From the NCBI GenBank assembly GCA_965208885.1, contig CBDBPS010000002.1, positions 1,237,750 through 1,301,749 on the forward strand: a stretch of DNA of 64,000 nucleotides, written 5' to 3'. A program made the position numbers and the translations under genes. This DNA comes from Dehalococcoidia bacterium (GTDB taxonomy: Bacteria > Chloroflexota > Dehalococcoidia > UBA2979). Shown piece after piece: positions 9,316 through 18,790 of the stretch. The notes beneath the pieces are model-generated. The model was not told the DNA's origin and did not search any database. It worked only from the letters and a program-made list of their open reading frames with translations. How positions within the stretch are numbered: the first letter of the stretch is position 1; every line of letters begins with the position of its first letter.

Positions 9316-9906
9316 CTAGTCTCGGGACATCGAGGTGCGTTCAGGTGGGGGTGGGACGTCGGTGGTGGCGTCGGCCATCAGGAACTCCTCGGGGACATCG
9401 CCGAGGCCCGCCTCCTTGAAGTCCTGGCCGTTGCGCGCGTAGCCCTGCGCGATGCCCTTCGCCATCTGGTGGTGGCGCTCCTCGGTCTCGCGTCGCGCCT
9501 CGGCCGGCGAGCCGACGATGAACGAGTTGGGCGGGAACTCTGCGTTGTCGAGCACCAGCGAGCCGGCCGCGACGATCGAGTACTCGCGGACGACGACCTC
9601 GCCGTTTACGACTGCGCCGTTGCCGATGAGCGAGTTGGTCCCGACGGCCTTGGCGTGGCAGATGACGTGGTGGCCGAGCGTCACGTAGTCGCCGTAGACG
9701 GCGTCGCTGTCGGTGTGTACGACGCAGTTGTCCTGGATGTCGACGTACGCGCCGAGCACGATCTTGTGGTGGTCGCCTCGGATGATGGTGCCGGGCCAGA
9801 CGCTCGAGTACGGCCCGATCTCCACGTCGCCGACGACGTACGCCGCCTCACTCACGAACGCGGTCGGGTGCACCTTTGGCGATCTGCCGTTGAAGCTGCG
9901 AAGCAC
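9316..9906 (-). CDS. gamma-carbonic-anhydrase-family / hexapeptide-repeat protein (PaaY/YrdA-like)
   Basis: Left-handed beta-helix hexapeptide repeats and the 'WPGTIIRGD...' motif. GTG start at 9906 is preceded by a GAGAGGA RBS. The longer track ORF (to 10257) has an R/P-rich non-homologous N-terminus. Confidence 0.75.
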   Translation of the reverse strand: MLRSFNGRSPKVHPTAFVSEAAYVVGDVEIGPYSSVWPGTIIRGDHHKIVLGAYVDIQDNCVVHTDSDAVYGDYVTLGHHVICHAKAVGTNSLIGNGAVVNGEVVVREYSIVAAGSLVLDNAEFPPNSFIVGSPAEARRETEERHHQMAKGIAQGYARNGQDFKEAGLGDVPEEFLMADATTDVPPPPERTSMSRD

Positions 9907-9970
9907 TGGCGGTTCCTCTCGCTGATGGCCCGGCCGCTCGTGGCGGCGCGGGCTCGTGTTCGTGTCGTGG

Positions 9971-10903
9971 CTACTCGTACTGGCGCATGTGGCCGCCGCC
10001 GGGCGGTCGGTCCCAGATCTCGACGAGCGTGCCGGCGCAGGTGCGCGGGTGGAACCACGCGACGTGTACCTCGCGGCCCTCCTCGCGGGGCGGCACGGGG
10101 TCGATGAGCACGAGCCCTGCGGCCACGCCGGTCTCGGCCGAGCGGTGCACGTCGGGCGCGTAGGGCGCGACGTGGTGGTAGACGGCGCCCAGGGGCGCGC
10201 GGTTCTGCACGAGCCGCGCCGTCCCGCTCGTGTCGGTCGTCGGCACGCTGATCTCAATCACGCACCCGCCGAGCGGGTACTCGACGAGGTGGACGGGGTC
10301 GTCGGCGTTGCGATCCGCGCCGTCGTCCTCGTAGTCGTCGGTGTCGAGGCCCCGCTCCTCGAAGGGGTCCTCGGCGAGCCCGAACTTGCCGCCGAAGAGG
10401 TCGCGGATCTCGTCCATCGACCGCGCCGCGATACCCACGTGGCCCATGCCGGTGAGAACGCCCGCGCCGAGGAAGTGCGGGTGGGTGTAGTAGCCATCCT
10501 CGGGGACGACCTGGATGCGCAGGCCGAGCGTGTCGGCGGGGTCGAGGAAGACGCCGCCTGCGCCGTCCCACTCACCCTCGGTCGCGACGCCGTTGGCCTG
10601 CAGCATCGCGACATCGGCGGCGATGTCGGTGGAGGCGAGGGCGATCCAGTACATGCCGGCGCGGCGCTCAGCGACGAACTCGGCGGCGGGGCCGGTGTCG
10701 CTGTCGGGCGCGCTGATCTCGAGGTACATCTCGCCGATCGGGATCTCGATGCTCGTGGTGCCCTCGATGGTGCCGGGGCGGCCGTCGGGCCAGGGGGAGC
10801 GGTGCTCGTTGACGGCGAGGCCCCAGCCGTCGCAGTAGACGTGACGGCCGACCTCGAGCTCCTCGACGAGGATGCCGATGTGGTGGACCTTGGTGAACGC
10901 CAT
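9971..10903 (-). CDS. VOC-family protein (tandem glyoxalase / bleomycin-resistance / dioxygenase domains)
   Basis: 'MAFTKVHHIGILVEELEV' begins the first domain; a second VOC domain ('GMGHVGIAARSMDE') follows. GGAGGC RBS. Confidence 0.8.
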   Translation of the reverse strand: MAFTKVHHIGILVEELEVGRHVYCDGWGLAVNEHRSPWPDGRPGTIEGTTSIEIPIGEMYLEISAPDSDTGPAAEFVAERRAGMYWIALASTDIAADVAMLQANGVATEGEWDGAGGVFLDPADTLGLRIQVVPEDGYYTHPHFLGAGVLTGMGHVGIAARSMDEIRDLFGGKFGLAEDPFEERGLDTDDYEDDGADRNADDPVHLVEYPLGGCVIEISVPTTDTSGTARLVQNRAPLGAVYHHVAPYAPDVHRSAETGVAAGLVLIDPVPPREEGREVHVAWFHPRTCAGTLVEIWDRPPGGGHMRQYE

Positions 10904-11055
10904 GCGCGTGCCTCCATGCGGCTGGACAGTGTGCTCGGCGGGAAGGCTAAACGATCGGCGCGTTAGCGGTCGGCCCCTGTCTTACACAGCCTTTACTCTC
11001 GCACCTGCTATGCTCCCCGCTCACATCCGACTGACGACGTAACAGGGGGTCCCCC

Positions 11056-12174
11056 TTGGCTGAGGACACCACCGCCACCGACACCACGCGGCCGGCTGAC
11101 CGGGCCGAAGCCGTCCGCGCCCTCTCCGAAGCCGCCGAGTCGATCCGCGAGAACGTCTCGCGCGTCATCGTCGGCGCCGAGGAGTCCATCCAGCTCCTGC
11201 TCGTCGCCCTGCTGTCCGGCGGGCACGTGCTGCTGGAGGATGTGCCGGGCACCGGCAAGACGCTGACCGCGCGCGCCTTCGCGCGCTCCATCGGCGCGGA
11301 CTTCCACCGCATCCAGTGCACGCCCGACCTGATGCCCTCGGACATCCTCGGCGTGCACTTCTACTCGCAGAAGACCGGCGAGTTCGAGTTCCGCGAGGGG
11401 CCGCTGATCGCCCCGATCGTGCTCGCCGACGAGGTCAACCGCGCCACGCCGCGCACACAGTCCGCGCTGCTCCAGGCGATGGAGGAGCGCACCATCACCG
11501 TCGACGGCGAGACGCGTGCGCTGCCGCAGCCGTTCCTCGTGCTCGCCACCCAGAACCCGATCGAGCTCGAGGGCACGTTCCCGCTGCCCGAGGCGCAGCT
11601 CGACCGCTTCCTGCTGCGGCTGCGGCTCGGCTACCCGACCGAGGACGACGAGGTGCGCGTGCTGCGGCGCTTCGAGACCTCCTCGCCGCTCGACACCCTC
11701 GAACCCGTCGTAGATGCCGCCGACCTGGTGCGGCTCTCAGGGATGCTGCCCGAGGTGCACGTCGAGGAAGCCGTGGCGAGCTACCTCGTGCGTGTGGTCC
11801 GGGCGACGCGCGAGCACGCCGCGTTCGAGCTGGGGGCGAGCCCGCGCGCCTCGCTCGCGCTGTTCCGCGCCGTGCGCGCCCTGGCGGCGATCGAGAGCCG
11901 CGACTACGTGCGGCCCGACGACGTGAAGCGGCTCGCGCCCGCGGTGCTGGCGCACCGCCTGCTGCTCAGCTCGCAGAGCCAGCTGCGCGGCCGTGCCGCC
12001 GCCGAGGTGCTCGACGAGATCCTGCGTGAGGTACCCGTGCCACTCGCCGACTCGGAGGGTCGTGCACCTTCGGCCAGCGCTGAAGACATCTCGGCTGCAT
12101 CGTCGTCACCCAACGCCGACGGGACGCCGGCCGACATCTCCGAGTGGGGCCGGCCGGGCGCCCCGACGACGTAG
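11056..12174 (+). CDS. MoxR-family AAA+ ATPase
   Basis: Walker A 'DVPGTGKT', 'LLQAMEE' and an arginine finger region. TTG start follows an AGGGGG RBS. The Ser/Ala-rich C-terminal tail is unusual for the family. Confidence 0.9.
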   Translation: MAEDTTATDTTRPADRAEAVRALSEAAESIRENVSRVIVGAEESIQLLLVALLSGGHVLLEDVPGTGKTLTARAFARSIGADFHRIQCTPDLMPSDILGVHFYSQKTGEFEFREGPLIAPIVLADEVNRATPRTQSALLQAMEERTITVDGETRALPQPFLVLATQNPIELEGTFPLPEAQLDRFLLRLRLGYPTEDDEVRVLRRFETSSPLDTLEPVVDAADLVRLSGMLPEVHVEEAVASYLVRVVRATREHAAFELGASPRASLALFRAVRALAAIESRDYVRPDDVKRLAPAVLAHRLLLSSQSQLRGRAAAEVLDEILREVPVPLADSEGRAPSASAEDISAASSSPNADGTPADISEWGRPGAPTT

Positions 12175-12180
12175 CGCGCC

Positions 12181-13461
12181 ATGCGCTCCCTGCTCAGCGA
12201 GTCCTGGCTGACCGCCTCCCTGCTCCTCGTCGTGGTCGGGCTCACCATCGAGTCCGTCCCGCTGCTCGGCCTCGGCGCGCTCGTGTTCGGCGCGGGCGGC
12301 GCTGCTCGCCTGTGGTCGCGGCTCTCGCTCGAGGATGTTGGGTATCGCCGCGAGCTGTCGGAGCACCGCGCCTTCGTCGGTGAGAAGGTGCAGATGACGA
12401 TGCACCTGACGAACGAGAAGGTGCTGCCAGTGCCGTGGATCGAGGTGCGTGAGCGCCTGCCGGACGACGCCCCGGTCATCGACGCGAAGACCTCGCCGGC
12501 CGGGACGCCCGGCTTCGTGTATCTCACTCGCACCACGGCGTTGCGCTCCGGCGACCGCCTGGAGTGGCCGATCGAGATGCGTACCGTGGCGCGCGGCTAT
12601 CACCGCATCGGGCCAGCGCGACTGAGGTCCGGCGACCTGTTCGGCATCTTCGACCGCGAGGAGTACGCGGGCGGCGAGGAGCTCCTGATCGTCTACCCGC
12701 GGACATACCCGCTCGACGACCTCGGGCTGGCGAGTTCGCGGCCGTTCGGTGAGCACCGGGGTGGTTCGCGCATCTTCCCCGACCCGATCCGCGTCGTCGG
12801 GGTGCGGGACTACATCCCCGGCGATCCGCTGAAGCAGATCGACTGGAACGCGACGGCACGCGCCAACCGGTTGCAGTCGAGGCTGTATGAGCCCTCGCGC
12901 GAGTACGCGCTGATCGTCGCGCTCGACGTGATGACGCTGGCGCACACGTGGGAGGGCTCCGACCCCGTGCTGCTAGAACGTGGCGTGGTGGTGGCCGCCT
13001 CGATCGCTCGCGACGCGTTCGACCGGAAGGCGGCGATCGGGGTGATCTCGAACGGCGCGCTGCCCGAGGCCGACCGGCCGGTCCGGATCGGCGCGGGCCG
13101 CCGTCCCGACCAGCTCACGCGCGTGCTCGAGGCCCTTGCGGGCACGAACCCGTTCGCGATGCATCCGCTCTCATCGGAGCTCGAACGGCCAGGCGAGGCG
13201 CTCTCGCTGGGCGCGACCATCGTCGTGGTGGCCGCGCTCATGCCGGCGGACCTCGCGGCGACGCTCCAGCGGCTGACCCACGAGGGGCACACGGTGCACG
13301 TAGTGAAGACCTCGGGCGAGCTGTGGGAGCAGTCGCTCGGCACGATCCCGGTGACCGACGTGACCACGCGCATGGAGGCGCTCGAGGAGCAGGCCGCCGC
13401 CGAGGACGAGAGCGAGCCGTGGACCCGCTCGCGCGTCCAGGTGGTGAGGGTCGGGTCGTGA
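12181..13461 (+). CDS. DUF58-domain protein (MoxR partner)
   Basis: DUF58 core ('GVRDYIPGDPLKQIDWNATAR') with an N-terminal TM segment. It sits immediately downstream of MoxR. Confidence 0.85.
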   Translation: MRSLLSESWLTASLLLVVVGLTIESVPLLGLGALVFGAGGAARLWSRLSLEDVGYRRELSEHRAFVGEKVQMTMHLTNEKVLPVPWIEVRERLPDDAPVIDAKTSPAGTPGFVYLTRTTALRSGDRLEWPIEMRTVARGYHRIGPARLRSGDLFGIFDREEYAGGEELLIVYPRTYPLDDLGLASSRPFGEHRGGSRIFPDPIRVVGVRDYIPGDPLKQIDWNATARANRLQSRLYEPSREYALIVALDVMTLAHTWEGSDPVLLERGVVVAASIARDAFDRKAAIGVISNGALPEADRPVRIGAGRRPDQLTRVLEALAGTNPFAMHPLSSELERPGEALSLGATIVVVAALMPADLAATLQRLTHEGHTVHVVKTSGELWEQSLGTIPVTDVTTRMEALEEQAAAEDESEPWTRSRVQVVRVGS

Positions 13462-13471
13462 GGACCAGGCC

Positions 13472-14989
13472 GTGAGCTGGCGGAGGCCGCTCGCGGTCGG
13501 GCTGTACGTGCTCGCCGAGGCGCTGCTCTGGTTCATCGCGCTGCGCACCTTCGCGAGCAGCGTCGAGCGCAACCGTTTCGCGGACCTGGCGCAGGACATC
13601 GAACGCGGCATCCGCACGAGCGACTTCCTCCAGCCCGACCGCGCCCAGAACGCGCTCGCGATGGCCGAGAGCGCCGCCGGCGCTGCGGTGGGCGGAGCGC
13701 CGCTCGTCGTCGTGCTCGCGCTGGCGTTCGCGGCGTTCGGGCTGATGCGGGTGCTGGCGATGTCGGACCTGCCGGCCGCGGCGCGCGCGGCGGCCGGTGT
13801 GAGCGGCTCGATCCTCTTCGTGACCGCCGCCATCCAGGTATCGCTCGCCGACGGTGCGCCCTGGGAGGGCGGCATCCTCGCCGGCATCGTCGGCGAGGTC
13901 GGCGTCGCCGAGTTCGTCGCGGACCCGAACGTGGACCGACTGCGCGGCGTGTCGCGCACGGTCACGGTCGTCGGGCTCACGGTGCTATGGCTGCGCTTCC
14001 TGTTCGCCGGCCGCGGCCCGGTCACCTTCGACCGCGTGCTGCGCAGCTTCGGCATCGGCTTCGCCGTCGTGGTGGTTACGACGCTGTTCGGGCATGCCGC
14101 GGGCGCCGACGTGGCAGGCGCGCTGATCCTTCCCTACTTCGTGATCGCCTCGCTGGCGCTCGCGACCTCCCACGCAGCCCGAGCGCCCGAGGACGACACG
14201 GCCGTACGCCGCGACGCGCCCTGGGCCATCTCGGTCGTCGGGACGGTGGGGTTGCTGGCCGCGATCGCCCTGGTCTTCGGGTTGTTGATGCTCATCGATG
14301 CGCAACGCGCGTTCGACCCGATCGGCCGGGCGGCGGGGTGGCTGCTCACGTGGGCGCTGATCATCGTGCTCACGCCTGTCGCCTGGGTCGTCGAGTTCGT
14401 GCTCGGGAGGCTCATTGGCGAAGTCGAATTCCAGCAGGTCGGCATGGATATCCAGGAGGCCACCACCGCCGAGGACCAGGAGGTCCGCGACGGCGTGATC
14501 CAGTTCCCGCGGTGGTTGCCGGACGCCATCCGCGGGCTGGCCGTGGCCATCATCCTCGTGCTGCTGTACCGCGTCGGGCTGCTGCTGTTCCGGCGCGGGC
14601 GACGCGGCACGGAGGAGGCGTACACCGAGGTGCGCCGTACTTCGCAGAGCGGCAACCTCGCATCGCTGTTCGGGCGGCTCGTGCCGAGGCCGCGCGGCCG
14701 CGTCGTGGAGTCCTGGGACTGGCTGGCGCGGAGCCGCGCGTACCAGCTCTTCGCGCGCATGCTCGACGACTCCGCGGCGCGCGGCATCGACCGCTCCGAG
14801 GGCCAGACGCCGCTCGAGTTCGGTGACGATGCCGGGCGACGCCTGCGCGCTCCGCCGTTCCCGGACATCGCCCAGACCTTCGACCGCACTCGCTACGGGC
14901 GCCACGAGCCAGACGAAGGCTCCCTCGACGACCTGGAGCGGCGGCTGAAGGAGTGGGAGCAGGCGCACCCGCTGCCGGAGGAGATGTAG
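13472..14989 (+). CDS. polytopic membrane protein, third member of the MoxR/DUF58 operon (DUF4129/transglutaminase-like-type C-terminal region suspected)
   Basis: At least eight hydrophobic helices, a charged C-terminal domain and a GTG start coupled to the DUF58 stop. Confidence 0.65.
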   Translation: MSWRRPLAVGLYVLAEALLWFIALRTFASSVERNRFADLAQDIERGIRTSDFLQPDRAQNALAMAESAAGAAVGGAPLVVVLALAFAAFGLMRVLAMSDLPAAARAAAGVSGSILFVTAAIQVSLADGAPWEGGILAGIVGEVGVAEFVADPNVDRLRGVSRTVTVVGLTVLWLRFLFAGRGPVTFDRVLRSFGIGFAVVVVTTLFGHAAGADVAGALILPYFVIASLALATSHAARAPEDDTAVRRDAPWAISVVGTVGLLAAIALVFGLLMLIDAQRAFDPIGRAAGWLLTWALIIVLTPVAWVVEFVLGRLIGEVEFQQVGMDIQEATTAEDQEVRDGVIQFPRWLPDAIRGLAVAIILVLLYRVGLLLFRRGRRGTEEAYTEVRRTSQSGNLASLFGRLVPRPRGRVVESWDWLARSRAYQLFARMLDDSAARGIDRSEGQTPLEFGDDAGRRLRAPPFPDIAQTFDRTRYGRHEPDEGSLDDLERRLKEWEQAHPLPEEM

Positions 14990-15091
14990 GCGAGCGGGCG
15001 TGGCCTGACGGCTGCGGCCACCCACAGGCCGCGGCCGAACACGTCGCTGGACTCGCCGGCAATTGCCGACATGGCAGCAGCCGGCAACCGA

Positions 15092-15730
15092 TCACGAACC
15101 GGAAAGCGCCCCCGCTCGGAAGCCACGCCCGAGCGCGCACCAGCGCTGCGCGAACTCCCCGGCGGGCGTCTCGCGCTGCCCCCAGCCCCGGAGGCACTGC
15201 TCGCGATGCGCGATGCCGAATGCCTCAGTGATCCACCGCTCGTAGGCCGCAATCCAGGCACACGCCTCGGGCACCAGGAGGCACGCCGCTGCGATCCCTC
15301 GTTGGGACTCCTCGGCGAGGGGAAAGGCGTCGAGACCTTCCATCATCCATGTGTCGAGTGGAGGGGCGTCGCAGGTGATCATGCGCGGGCGCATGTCGTA
15401 TCGGCCCAGGAAGATACCCTCCCCGCGTCCGCGCGAATAGAACATTCCCGACCCACGCAGCCAGACCCCTCCGCGATCGTTGATCGAGCAGGTGTAGCCG
15501 GCCGTTCGCCCGTCCGGTCCCAGCCTGGCGATGCGCTCCAGTCCGTAGCGAATGAGCAGGTTGCCGCAGGGGTAGCGAACATCCTGGCCCCAGCACCAGG
15601 CCTGATCGTGCATCAACGCCTCCGCCGCCTCCACCCAGCCAGCGTCGCTCGACGGTGCTTGCGATGGTTCTGCCGTGCTGATCAACGAAACAACCCTCGT
15701 GTAGCCAGTACATGCATGATCCCGCCGCAC
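15092..15730 (-). CDS. hypothetical protein (Trp/Cys-rich, lower GC)
   Basis: It shares codon boundaries with the + ORF 15071..15823. The minus frame has the higher GC3 (about 80% vs 65%) and a protein-like composition, whereas the + frame is R/P/A-rich junk. Confidence 0.45.
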   Translation of the reverse strand: MRRDHACTGYTRVVSLISTAEPSQAPSSDAGWVEAAEALMHDQAWCWGQDVRYPCGNLLIRYGLERIARLGPDGRTAGYTCSINDRGGVWLRGSGMFYSRGRGEGIFLGRYDMRPRMITCDAPPLDTWMMEGLDAFPLAEESQRGIAAACLLVPEACAWIAAYERWITEAFGIAHREQCLRGWGQRETPAGEFAQRWCALGRGFRAGALSGS

Positions 15731-15939
15731 TCCTCACCACTACCGATCTGCTGTGTCCTGCGGAGCAACGTGCCGACAACGGCCGTGACCTCGCGGCTCG
15801 GAGTCGATACAGAGTATCACTAGAGGGGCGTCGACGTCATCCGCATTCGGCGAGAGCGGGGGCACGAGGTGTGCTGAGCGCGCGGTTGCCTGCTCACCCG
15901 CCTCCGCCCTACCCTCGACACATGGCGGGGCGGAGCCGT

Positions 15940-16767
15940 ATGAGCGCTACCGAAGCCTCCGCTGTGACCACCGTCGGGGTGCTCGACTCCGGCGTCGGCG
16001 GCCTCAGCGTCGTCGCCGCCATGCAACGCGCCATGCCCGCGCTGCCCGTCCGCTACATCGCCGACACCGCCCGCTTCCCCTACGGCGACCGACCGCTCGA
16101 CGAGGTGGCCTCGCGCACCCTCGAGCTTGGAGCACGGCTCATGGACGAGGGCTGCGCGCTGCTCGTCATCGCGTGCAACACCGCATCCTCGGCCGCGCTG
16201 GAGCTGCTGCGCGAGCGCTTCGACGTGCCCATCGTCGGGATGGAGCCACCACTCAAGCCGGCCGCCGAGCGGACGCGCAGCGGGCACGTCGCGGTGCTGG
16301 CGACGGCGAACACCACCGAGGGCGATCGCCTCGCGCGGCTGCACGCGAGCTTCGCAGCCGACCGCGACGTGCTCACGGTCCCAATGCCCGGCCTCGCCGA
16401 CCTCGTCGAGGCGGGCGAGATCACCGGACCGCGCGTCGAGGAGATCCTCGGCACGGCCGTGGCGGCGCTGCAGGCCGACGGCGTCGACGAGGTTGCGCTC
16501 GGATGCACGCACTACGCGTTCCTGCGTCCCGCGCTCACCGTCATGCTTGGCCCGGGCGTCGAGATCATCGACACCGCCGAGCCGGTCGCGAGGCGCGTGC
16601 ATCAGCAACTCGAGGCCCACGGCAACACGATTCCCGAGGGTGAGCCGGTCGCAGCGGAGTGCATCGCGACCGGCGGCAGCCAGCCGTTCGGGGCGACACT
16701 CGCGCGACTGCGGGCGGCGGGCGCAGACTTGCCACTGTTACGCGTGACGGAGGAGGTAACTCCATGA
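15940..16767 (+). CDS. murI: glutamate racemase
   Basis: 'GVLDSGVGGLSV', 'IACNTAS' and 'GCTHY' motifs. GGAG RBS before ATG 15940; ATG 15922 is an alternative start. Confidence 0.85.
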   Translation: MSATEASAVTTVGVLDSGVGGLSVVAAMQRAMPALPVRYIADTARFPYGDRPLDEVASRTLELGARLMDEGCALLVIACNTASSAALELLRERFDVPIVGMEPPLKPAAERTRSGHVAVLATANTTEGDRLARLHASFAADRDVLTVPMPGLADLVEAGEITGPRVEEILGTAVAALQADGVDEVALGCTHYAFLRPALTVMLGPGVEIIDTAEPVARRVHQQLEAHGNTIPEGEPVAAECIATGGSQPFGATLARLRAAGADLPLLRVTEEVTP

Positions 16768-17579
16768 CGGTCGGGGCCACGTTCCGAGGGCGCTACGAGC
16801 GAGCGGCAAGCACCAACGACTCGCTGCTCTGCGTCGGGCTCGACCCCGATCCCGGTCGCATCCCGGACGGCGTCGTCATGCTCGACTTCCTCCAGGACAT
16901 CGTCGAAGCGACGGCGGACCTCGTGTGCTGCTTCAAGCCGAACGCGGCCTTCTTCGAATCGCGCGGCCCCTCGGGCGTCGAGGAGCTGCGCACGCTCATC
17001 GCCGCCATCCCGGACGAGGTGCCGGTGCTGCTGGACGCCAAGCGCGGCGACATTGGAAACAGCAGCGAGCACTACGCCCGCGCGGTGTTCGAACAACTCG
17101 GCGCGCACGGCGTGACCGTGAGTCCGTACCTGGGGCGCGACGCCGTCGAACCGTTCCTCGCGTACGAGGACCGTCACAGCTTCGTGCTGTGCCGCACCTC
17201 GAACGCCGGCGCGGGCGACTTCCAGGACCTGCCGGTCGGCGAGGGTGGGCGACCGCTGTACCTGCAGGTCGCCGCCGCGGCGAGCAAGTGGAACACGCGC
17301 GGGAACGTCGGGCTCGTCGTCGGAGCGACCTACCCGGGCGAAGCCGCCGAGGTGCGCACGCTCTGCCCGGACATGCTGCTGCTGATGCCGGGCGTCGGCG
17401 CGCAGGCCGGAGACCTCGATGCGGCCGTGCAGGCGGCGGTCGATGCCGAGGGCGGCGGCATCCTCGTCAACGCCTCGCGTGGCGTGCTCTACGCCGGCAC
17501 GGGCGGTGACCACGCCGCTGCCGCGCGCGCCGAGGCCACGCGGCTGCGCGACGCGATCAACGCCGCCCGCCGCGGCTGA
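16764..17579 (+). CDS. pyrF: orotidine 5'-phosphate decarboxylase
   Basis: 'LCVGLDP' and '[13 protein letters not shown]' motifs. GGAGGAGG RBS; the ATG overlaps the murI stop (ATGA). Confidence 0.85.
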   Translation: MTVGATFRGRYERAASTNDSLLCVGLDPDPGRIPDGVVMLDFLQDIVEATADLVCCFKPNAAFFESRGPSGVEELRTLIAAIPDEVPVLLDAKRGDIGNSSEHYARAVFEQLGAHGVTVSPYLGRDAVEPFLAYEDRHSFVLCRTSNAGAGDFQDLPVGEGGRPLYLQVAAAASKWNTRGNVGLVVGATYPGEAAEVRTLCPDMLLLMPGVGAQAGDLDAAVQAAVDAEGGGILVNASRGVLYAGTGGDHAAAARAEATRLRDAINAARRG

Positions 17580-17581
17580 GC

Positions 17582-17815
17582 ATGGTCCTGGACATCCGCA
17601 TGGGCGACGTGCTGCGGCTCCGCCGCAAGCACCCGTGCGGGGGCTTCGAGTGGGACGTGGTGCGCACGGGCGCCGACATCGGGCTGCGCTGCCGCACCTG
17701 CGACCGTCGGGTCCTGCTCGACCGCGCCACGCTGCGTCGTCGCGCCGAGGCGGTGATCGAGCGCGGGCCGCCACTGGACCCCGCCATCGAACGGGCGCTC
17801 GAGGGCGGCGAGTAG
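17582..17815 (+). CDS. DUF951-family small protein
   Basis: The conserved '[13 protein letters not shown]...[13 protein letters not shown]' pattern is present. Confidence 0.6.
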   Translation: MVLDIRMGDVLRLRRKHPCGGFEWDVVRTGADIGLRCRTCDRRVLLDRATLRRRAEAVIERGPPLDPAIERALEGGE

Positions 17816-17927
17816 CCGCGGCGGATCGTGGATAGTCCGTGCGCCGGCGGGCGCTCCGTTCGTTGACGCCCTCCGAGCGGCGAACCTACACTCGATTTCG
17901 ATCCGGGAGCCTGGGCGGAGCCCCCTC

Positions 17928-18470
17928 ATGATCGAGATGACGATCGAGTCGATCCGGGTGAGTCTCCGCAACTACCAGCGGGTAGTCATCCTGCGCGAGC
18001 AAGGCTCCGATCGCTACCTCCCCATCTGGATCGGCCCCGCCGAGGCGGACGCCATCGCCGTCCGGCTCCAGGAGCAGACCGTCGCCCGCCCGCTCACGCA
18101 CGACTTGCTCAACAACGTGATCGGCGAGTTCGGCGGCGCCGTGAAGTTCGTCATCGTCAACGACCTGGAGAACGACACCTTCTTCGCCAAGATCAACGTC
18201 GAGCACAACGGCCAGACGCTCGAGGTGGACTCGCGCCCCTCGGACGCGATCGCGCTCGCCGTGCGCGCGGGCGTCCCTATCTATGCCAACGAGTCCGTGC
18301 TCGACCGCGCGGGCGTGCTGCTGAACGAGGAGGGCGAGCGCATCGAGGCTGGCGATGAGCAGGCCGGCGTCACGCCGGAGGAGCTCGAAAAGCTCTCCGC
18401 GTTCAGCGACTTCATCGATGAACTCGACCTCGACAATCTGGGTGACGACGAGAACCCGAAGGAGGGCTGA
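17928..18470 (+). CDS. bifunctional nuclease (BFN / DUF151) family protein
   Basis: The sequence 'VVILREQGSDRYLPIWIGPAEADAIAVRLQ...RPLTHDLL' matches the BFN domain. Confidence 0.8.
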   Translation: MIEMTIESIRVSLRNYQRVVILREQGSDRYLPIWIGPAEADAIAVRLQEQTVARPLTHDLLNNVIGEFGGAVKFVIVNDLENDTFFAKINVEHNGQTLEVDSRPSDAIALAVRAGVPIYANESVLDRAGVLLNEEGERIEAGDEQAGVTPEELEKLSAFSDFIDELDLDNLGDDENPKEG

Positions 18471-18563
18471 GGCCGCCGCGCGACGCGCCGGTTTCCCTGC
18501 GTTGATCGAGGGATCGGCCCGTGCTAGGCTCCCGGCGGCCTCGACCCCGGAGGGAATCTGGGC

Positions 18564-18782
18564 GTGGGGGTGTGGAGATCACCGGCGGTCGGTCTCATCG
18601 GCATTGGCTTTTACCTGGCCACGTCGATAGTGGGACTGACCTTTATCGGGAATCTGCTGGACCGCCGGTTCGAGACTGATCCGGTGCTCACGCTGGCATT
18701 CCTGGTGCTGGGGCTGCTGGTGGGCTTCACAGGCGCGTATCGGCAGCTGAGCTGGGTGCTCAGCCAGGCCGACAAGCGATAA
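18564..18782 (+). CDS. AtpZ/AtpI-like small membrane protein preceding the ATP synthase operon
   Basis: Two TM helices, GTG start, and a position immediately upstream of atpB. Confidence 0.55.
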   Translation: MGVWRSPAVGLIGIGFYLATSIVGLTFIGNLLDRRFETDPVLTLAFLVLGLLVGFTGAYRQLSWVLSQADKR

Positions 18783-18790
18783 GCGGGGGG

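Noticed and set aside
15071-15823. 250-aa + strand ORF
   Set aside because: It shares codon boundaries with the minus ORF 15092..15730. The + frame has the lower GC3 and an R/P/A-rich junk-like product, so the minus strand is preferred, at low confidence.
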